62,539 bases of DNA, taken from an uncultured Candidatus Saccharibacteria bacterium. Lineage in GTDB: Bacteria; Patescibacteriota; Minisyncoccia; Minisyncoccales; UBA10102. How positions within the stretch are numbered: the first letter of the stretch is position 1; each line of letters opens with the position of its first letter. A program made the translations under genes and the position numbers. The stretch spans positions 1 to 62,539 of the forward strand of contig CAYZNF010000007.1 in NCBI GenBank assembly GCA_964479725.1, in the 5' to 3' direction. The notes below the pieces were generated by a model, which was not told the origin of the DNA, searched no databases, and saw nothing but the letters and a program-made list of their open reading frames with translations. Shown in pieces: positions 57,564 through 62,539 of the stretch.

Positions 57564-57636
57564 GTATAGCGATAACAGTATTAAATCCGCTCTTTAAAGG
57601 AGTCTCTGCCTTTGGGGCGGGTTTTTTTATTAGGCA

Positions 57637-58488
57637 GTGCCGAAACGAACTATACAATGGGGGATTGCAGCCATATTGCTGTTTTTAGCAGTATGGCTCT
57701 GGAGCTTGCTGCTTGATAAAAGGCAGGTTTTTTCAGTAACATTTTTTGACGTGGGGCAGGGTGACTCCATCTTCATTGAAACTGAACATGGTCATCAAAT
57801 TCTTATTGACGGAGGTCCTGACGGCAAGATAGTTGAAAAACTGGGGCAAGTATTGCCTCCCGGAGACAAAAAACTGGATCTTGCCATAATAACCCACCAA
57901 GACAACGACCATGCCGGCGGATTTATACCGCTCTTTAAAGCTTATGATGCTGATCATGTAATGTGGACGGGCATGGCCAAGGATACTGAAATATTTGAGG
58001 CGCTTTCGCGAAGTTTAAGAGAGGAGGAGCGGCAAGGAACGGTTTTACACACGGCCCATGCCGGGCAAATAATTTCGTGGGGGGAGGCGAATGCTTCAAT
58101 TGAAGTTTTGCACCCCGAGAAACCAGACAAAGATAACGGGCTTGGCGGTTCCAACGAGAATTCGGTTGTTCTGTTGCTTAAAAAGGGCGGGAAAAGTTTT
58201 TTATTCACTGCTGATATAGAGAAGAAGGCCGAGGCATACTTGCTTTCAAAGGAAGAGGATGTGCGAGCGAATGTGCTTAAGGTGGCTCATCATGGAAGCA
58301 AATCCTCTACCAGCAATCCTTTTGTTGCCGCCGTTAAACCCGAAATAGCAGTAATACAAGTGGGGCAGAAGAATAAATATGGCCATCCCGATGCAAAGGT
58401 TCTTGAAAGCCTTAGGCGATATGGTATAAATGTATTCAGGACAGACGAAGAGGGTGATATAAGAATAAGAATTACAAATGGCAAATAA
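57637..58488 (+). CDS. ComEC/Rec2-type MBL-fold hydrolase (stand-alone)
   Basis: FFDVGQGDS, LIDGG, THQDNDHAGG, NENSVV, FTADI, KVAHHGSKSS, YGHP, RTDEEG. Confidence 0.9.
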   Translation: MPKRTIQWGIAAILLFLAVWLWSLLLDKRQVFSVTFFDVGQGDSIFIETEHGHQILIDGGPDGKIVEKLGQVLPPGDKKLDLAIITHQDNDHAGGFIPLFKAYDADHVMWTGMAKDTEIFEALSRSLREEERQGTVLHTAHAGQIISWGEANASIEVLHPEKPDKDNGLGGSNENSVVLLLKKGGKSFLFTADIEKKAEAYLLSKEEDVRANVLKVAHHGSKSSTSNPFVAAVKPEIAVIQVGQKNKYGHPDAKVLESLRRYGINVFRTDEEGDIRIRITNGK

Positions 58489-58496
58489 CAAATATT

Positions 58497-59102
58497 ATGG
58501 CGCATTTTAAAGAAGAAAAGACGCTGGTCATGATTAAGCCCGATGGCATCCAGCGAACGCTCGTTGGAGAAATTATTAAAAGGTACGAGAGGGCGGGACT
58601 GAAGCTTGTTGGCATGAAAATGTTTGTTCCCGAGAAAGACAAGGTGGAGCAGCATTATCTTATTGATCCCGAATGGAAACGCAAAGTAGGGGAAAAAGCC
58701 ATTGAAAGCTACAGAAAGCGCAATTTACAGCCGTCTTCCGAAAACCCGATTGAGGTGGGAGAACGGGTTTTAGACGGGTTACGCCGCTATATGACATCTG
58801 GACCGGTGGTGGCAATGGTGTGGCAGGGAGCGCACGCGGTGGAACTTGTGCGCAAACTGACAGGAAGCACAGAACCCTTAACATCAGACGTTGGGAGTAT
58901 TCGCGGGGATTTTGTGCTTGATTCTTACCGTATGGCCGATGTGGACGGCAGGGCAGTAAGAAATCTTATTCACGCTTCGGGTTCAACCGATGAAGCCGAA
59001 AAAGAGATTGTCCATTGGTTCTCAAAAGAAGAAATTATAAACTACAAGCTTGTGCAGGAAAGCATACTGTATGACGTAAATCTCGACGGAATTTTGGAGT
59101 AG
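58497..59102 (+). CDS. ndk: Nucleoside-diphosphate kinase
   Basis: TLVMIKPDG, MTSGPVV, GSIRGDF, RNLIHASGS. Confidence 0.95.
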   Translation: MAHFKEEKTLVMIKPDGIQRTLVGEIIKRYERAGLKLVGMKMFVPEKDKVEQHYLIDPEWKRKVGEKAIESYRKRNLQPSSENPIEVGERVLDGLRRYMTSGPVVAMVWQGAHAVELVRKLTGSTEPLTSDVGSIRGDFVLDSYRMADVDGRAVRNLIHASGSTDEAEKEIVHWFSKEEIINYKLVQESILYDVNLDGILE

Positions 59103-59289
59103 CCCTTGCCATGGTTGTTTGGCAGATGCTACTATATAAGTAGCCCTATTTCTTTTTCCATTTTGATTTCCGCATTACGTTTTTTTATGGGAGCCGGGTA
59201 TGTTCTGTTGCCGTGGCAATAGGGCCAAGGCGCCCACCTGGATTATTCCGGGTAATCAAAGTGGAGGGGAGTGGGGTTATTTTATTAGA

Positions 59290-59604
59290 TTATTTTTGAA
59301 TGTTTTTTGCCGTATTTTCGATACGCTGGGCTTCTGTTTTTATAAGATCGCCGTCGTACTCGCCGCTATGAGCGTGGCTGCCCCTATAGCTCGGAGCTTT
59401 TTGGTCGAGGTGAAGGTTTATAGTGGCTGTGCCATAACGCTCCGGCACCCAGCAATAGGCGTGAAATTTGGGGAAAAGTCCATAGGACATTTTTCTGAAA
59501 AAACGCAATTCTCCTGTTTTATCGTCTTGCCCATCTGGGGTATAGCCGCATTCCCGCATAACGTTAACAATATGTTGAGTAGTTAATGGAATAGTAAATT
59601 TCAT
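59290..59604 (-). CDS. Conserved hypothetical protein (104 aa)
   Basis: MRECGY...FPKFHAY...LHLDQKAPSYRGSHAHSGEYDG; only long ORF between ndk and sigma. Confidence 0.75.
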   Translation of the reverse strand: MKFTIPLTTQHIVNVMRECGYTPDGQDDKTGELRFFRKMSYGLFPKFHAYCWVPERYGTATINLHLDQKAPSYRGSHAHSGEYDGDLIKTEAQRIENTAKNIQK

Positions 59605-59773
59605 ATTTCAATAATAACATAAGACCGTAAGACTCTCATCTTTTTCCTGTCAGTTCATGTATACAGGTAATCGGAGGGGGATTCTTTGCACAAAGCTTAA
59701 ATTCTTGCATTATAGGATGAATTTGCTATAAGGAAAATAAAGCCCCATATAAATAGAGGCAAGTTGCGGCATT

Positions 59774-60283
59774 ATGGCATTTTCGAATGAGTCGCAAGAA
59801 CAATTTTTGACAGCGTATGACCAGCACGCGGATGCTATTTTTCGTCACTGTTATTTTCGCGTGTACGATAGGGAATTGGCCAATGATTTAATGCAGGACA
59901 CTTTTACAAAGACCTGGCAGTATATTCTTCACGGAAGCGAGGTAAAAAACATCCGCGCCTTTTTATATAGGGTGGCAAATAACCTTATTATAGACCATTC
60001 CCGTAAGAAAAAGACCATTTCTTTGACTGTTTTGCAAGAAAAAGGGTTCGATCCGCGTCATGACGATAGGGAATCGCTTGCGAGCAATATTGATGCCAAA
60101 GCAGTAGTTGCGTTACTCGAGAAATTGGACAAAAAATACCAGGATGTCATAGTGATGCGGTATATTGACGAATTGTCTCCCAAAGAAATAGCCGAAGTGT
60201 TGGGGGAGACTGAAAACAATATATCTGTGCGTATACACAGGGGGTTGCAAAAGGCCCGCGAATTTTTGCGGGAAAATATATGA
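59774..60283 (+). CDS. ECF-type RNA polymerase sigma-70 factor
   Basis: DAIFRHCYFRV, DLMQDTFTKTW, RAFLYRVANN, DELSPKEIAEVLG...VRIHRG. Confidence 0.95.
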   Translation: MAFSNESQEQFLTAYDQHADAIFRHCYFRVYDRELANDLMQDTFTKTWQYILHGSEVKNIRAFLYRVANNLIIDHSRKKKTISLTVLQEKGFDPRHDDRESLASNIDAKAVVALLEKLDKKYQDVIVMRYIDELSPKEIAEVLGETENNISVRIHRGLQKAREFLRENI

Positions 60284-61353
60284 AAGAGAAACTGCAGGAC
60301 TTTAATAATATAGATGTGCGAGAAACCGAAATATGGTTTCAAGATTTGCTAAAGAAAGAGCAGGTTTCTTCCTTTGCTCTGTCGCACCAAGAGAAGGAAG
60401 CCGGAAGGGAGTTTTTACTCCGCCTTATTGAGGACTCTTCTTTTTCGCAAAAACCCTTTTCTTTGGCATGGGTGTTTGGATCTGTGCCGCGAAGACTTGC
60501 TTTTGCATCTTTTTGCATCGCCCTGGTTTTGCAGGCAGGGGGTATGGCAATGGCCAACAAAGCTTTGCCCGGCGAACCCTTATATATGGTAAAAGTTACC
60601 GTAAACGAATCCTTGCGTTCCGCATTTATGTTTTCTCTGGAGGATAAAGCGTATTGGGAGGCGGACCGTATAGACAAAAGGTTTCAGGAAGCGGAACGGC
60701 TTCTTGTAAAAAATAAACTTAATGACAGGAAAACCGTTCAAATAATTGAGGGCTATATTAACCAGCATGCTGACGCACTTTTCACCTTAGGCGAAAAACT
60801 TGAGAAAAAAGAAGGAAGGTTTGATGAGACAGCCGCGGCATTTGCGCAGGCAGTGGGCGCTTTGGAGGTGCATGGGAATATCTTAGCTGTTTTAGACAAG
60901 CAAATGCCGGAATCCCCGCTGGAATCTTTAATAAGTACCGTTGACACGCATCAAACGGCTTTGGAGAAGGAATATAATCGCATCCATCATGATTACGCGG
61001 TTACGGAATCTTCTTCCCAAGAAAGCATAGCTACCCTGAAAAATGCGACAGATTCAGCCATGCTGGAAGCCGAAGAAAAGCTTTCGAGCGCAAATGCGTT
61101 TCTAGCGGCGTACGAAAAGAATTCAACATCGGAAAAGACTGCGGCGCAAAAAGCCAGGGCATATGCCTTGCAAGCAGAAGAATTAATCCAGCACGGCAAG
61201 GGAAAATTTGAGGCGATTGAAACATATCACGAAGCGTGCGATGACTTCCATGCCGCCCAAAAAGACGCTTACAAGGCTTACGCGTTTATCCGCACGGTTA
61301 GTGCGCTCGAAGAAGAGGGTTTCGCGACATCAAATATACTGATAGAAATTTAG
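60280..61353 (+). CDS. DUF5667-domain membrane protein (putative anti-sigma)
   Basis: 4-nt overlap with sigma; TM then ALPGEPLYMVK..VNE, RFQEA. Confidence 0.82.
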   Translation: MKEKLQDFNNIDVRETEIWFQDLLKKEQVSSFALSHQEKEAGREFLLRLIEDSSFSQKPFSLAWVFGSVPRRLAFASFCIALVLQAGGMAMANKALPGEPLYMVKVTVNESLRSAFMFSLEDKAYWEADRIDKRFQEAERLLVKNKLNDRKTVQIIEGYINQHADALFTLGEKLEKKEGRFDETAAAFAQAVGALEVHGNILAVLDKQMPESPLESLISTVDTHQTALEKEYNRIHHDYAVTESSSQESIATLKNATDSAMLEAEEKLSSANAFLAAYEKNSTSEKTAAQKARAYALQAEELIQHGKGKFEAIETYHEACDDFHAAQKDAYKAYAFIRTVSALEEEGFATSNILIEI

Positions 61354-61368
61354 GGTATTGCAAAAATT

Positions 61369-62352
61369 ATGGATTCTTCTTTGGAACTGCAGAAAACTGA
61401 AAAGCAGTTTCTTAATATGCTTGAAAAAGCGAAGGTTTCTTCATTGATTTTATCAGAACAGGAAAAAAATGAGGGCAAAAAACTGCTAACCGAATTCATG
61501 GCACTAAAAAGGGAGGAAGTTTCTCCTATATTTTTCTTTAAACCCGTCGGAGCGATAGCCCTTGCTATCGCTTTATTTTTGACCGGAGGCGCTGGAGTGG
61601 TATTCGCGGCGCAGGAGGCTCTTCCTGGGAGTCCATTTTACCAAGTAAAAATGCACGTCAACGAAAGACTCCGTTCCGTGATTGCTTTGTCCCCTAAAGA
61701 AAAAGCCCGTTGGGAGATTGAGCGCGCCAATCTGCGTTTGCAGGAAGCGGAAGAGCTTTCTGTTCGAGGAAAATTCGATTCAGTAGCCGCATTGGAAATA
61801 GATGAATATTTAGGAGAACATATTAAGAAGGTGCAGGAAATCAGTTTTGCTCTCCAAGAGAGCGGTAAAGAAGGCGAGGCTCACGCTTTGTATTCGGATC
61901 TTGAGGTTGTTCTTGCCACTCACGGAAAGATTTTAGGTAATTTGAGCCTGAATACGTCAAAACAGGAGCAATTGGAACTAGGCAGTACGATTGCCAATAT
62001 TCAAGCGTATACTGAGGTTATGGCTAGGGATCAGGAAGTTGCAAATATCGGTTATGCGGTCAGCAAAAAGACGGCGGAGCAGGCAATGGAAGCGGCCGAA
62101 CGGGAAATGGATGAAACAAAACTGTATATTGGCAAGAATAAAAATAAAGTGGGGCGATATATGCGTGCCGATATCGAAGCGCAATTAGAAGAGGCTGAAA
62201 AATTCTTTGAAGAGGGGAGAGACAATGTGGAGGCGAAAAGATATAAAAATTCCCTTGTTTCCTTCGAAAAAGCAGTAAGCGTGGCAAAAGGAGCGCAAAT
62301 CCTTCTGGAAACAAGCATCCGCATCAAAAAAGATCTCGGCCCTCAGAATTAG
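61369..62352 (+). CDS. Second DUF5667-domain membrane protein
   Basis: TM then AQEALPGSPFYQVK..VNE, RLQEAE. Confidence 0.82.
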   Translation: MDSSLELQKTEKQFLNMLEKAKVSSLILSEQEKNEGKKLLTEFMALKREEVSPIFFFKPVGAIALAIALFLTGGAGVVFAAQEALPGSPFYQVKMHVNERLRSVIALSPKEKARWEIERANLRLQEAEELSVRGKFDSVAALEIDEYLGEHIKKVQEISFALQESGKEGEAHALYSDLEVVLATHGKILGNLSLNTSKQEQLELGSTIANIQAYTEVMARDQEVANIGYAVSKKTAEQAMEAAEREMDETKLYIGKNKNKVGRYMRADIEAQLEEAEKFFEEGRDNVEAKRYKNSLVSFEKAVSVAKGAQILLETSIRIKKDLGPQN

Positions 62353-62539
62353 CAAGCTCTTAGAGTAGGGTCCCAAGCAATCCAAGAAGGCCAATAATGA
62401 CAAGGAGTGAAATTTTCCAGGCGTTAGTGTTCATAAATACGCCGAAGAACTATTCTTTGTGCGTACTGCGGCAAAGGCTAAATTTTGGTCGCAATTACTG
62501 AACGCCGCTCGAACCTTTTTTGAACAAAATCCCTGATTG

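Noticed and set aside
59186-59280. TPP-riboswitch-like text (ACCTGG...CCGGGTAAT)
   Set aside because: It lacks the CUGAGA element and has no downstream gene on that strand to control.

Overview
Gene-dense, mostly + strand chromosomal window from a Patescibacteria/CPR (Parcubacteria-like) bacterium using the standard code (TGA = stop). The taxon is inferred from family content (DUF5667/ECF sigma, DUF5671, prepilin-LamG, PaaX/Cas2-like, DUF5679) and is not proven. Housekeeping content: sugar/PPP genes (pfkB-like, bifunctional pgi/pmi, zwf-gnd-pgl-tal), dprA-comM-yraN, a full F1Fo atp operon, tgt, ychF, pyrH, nth, ndk, HU, trxB/DsbA/VKOR, znuCB and a CopB-type ATPase. Accessory content: three toxin-antitoxin-like pairs, a RAYT transposase with flanking REP hairpins, a PaaX/Cas2-like gene bracketed by CACGATCGTG palindromes, a MITE-like element, and small Cys-rich ORFs missed by the ORF track. 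The most striking signal is a ~420-nt minus-strand non-coding array at 42078-42498 with its own sigma70-like promoter and terminator. It holds four stem-loop units, each with a symmetric 13/13-nt internal loop carrying two variable 9-nt segments in constant flanks. This resembles TIGR/bridge-type dual-spacer guide RNAs, but no cognate protein is recognisable in the window. A second theme is GC-rich palindromic mini-elements inserted in frame into conserved genes (pgi, UvrD-like helicase, tgt, atpG, copB); the copB one shares 17 nt with a palindrome inside the array.
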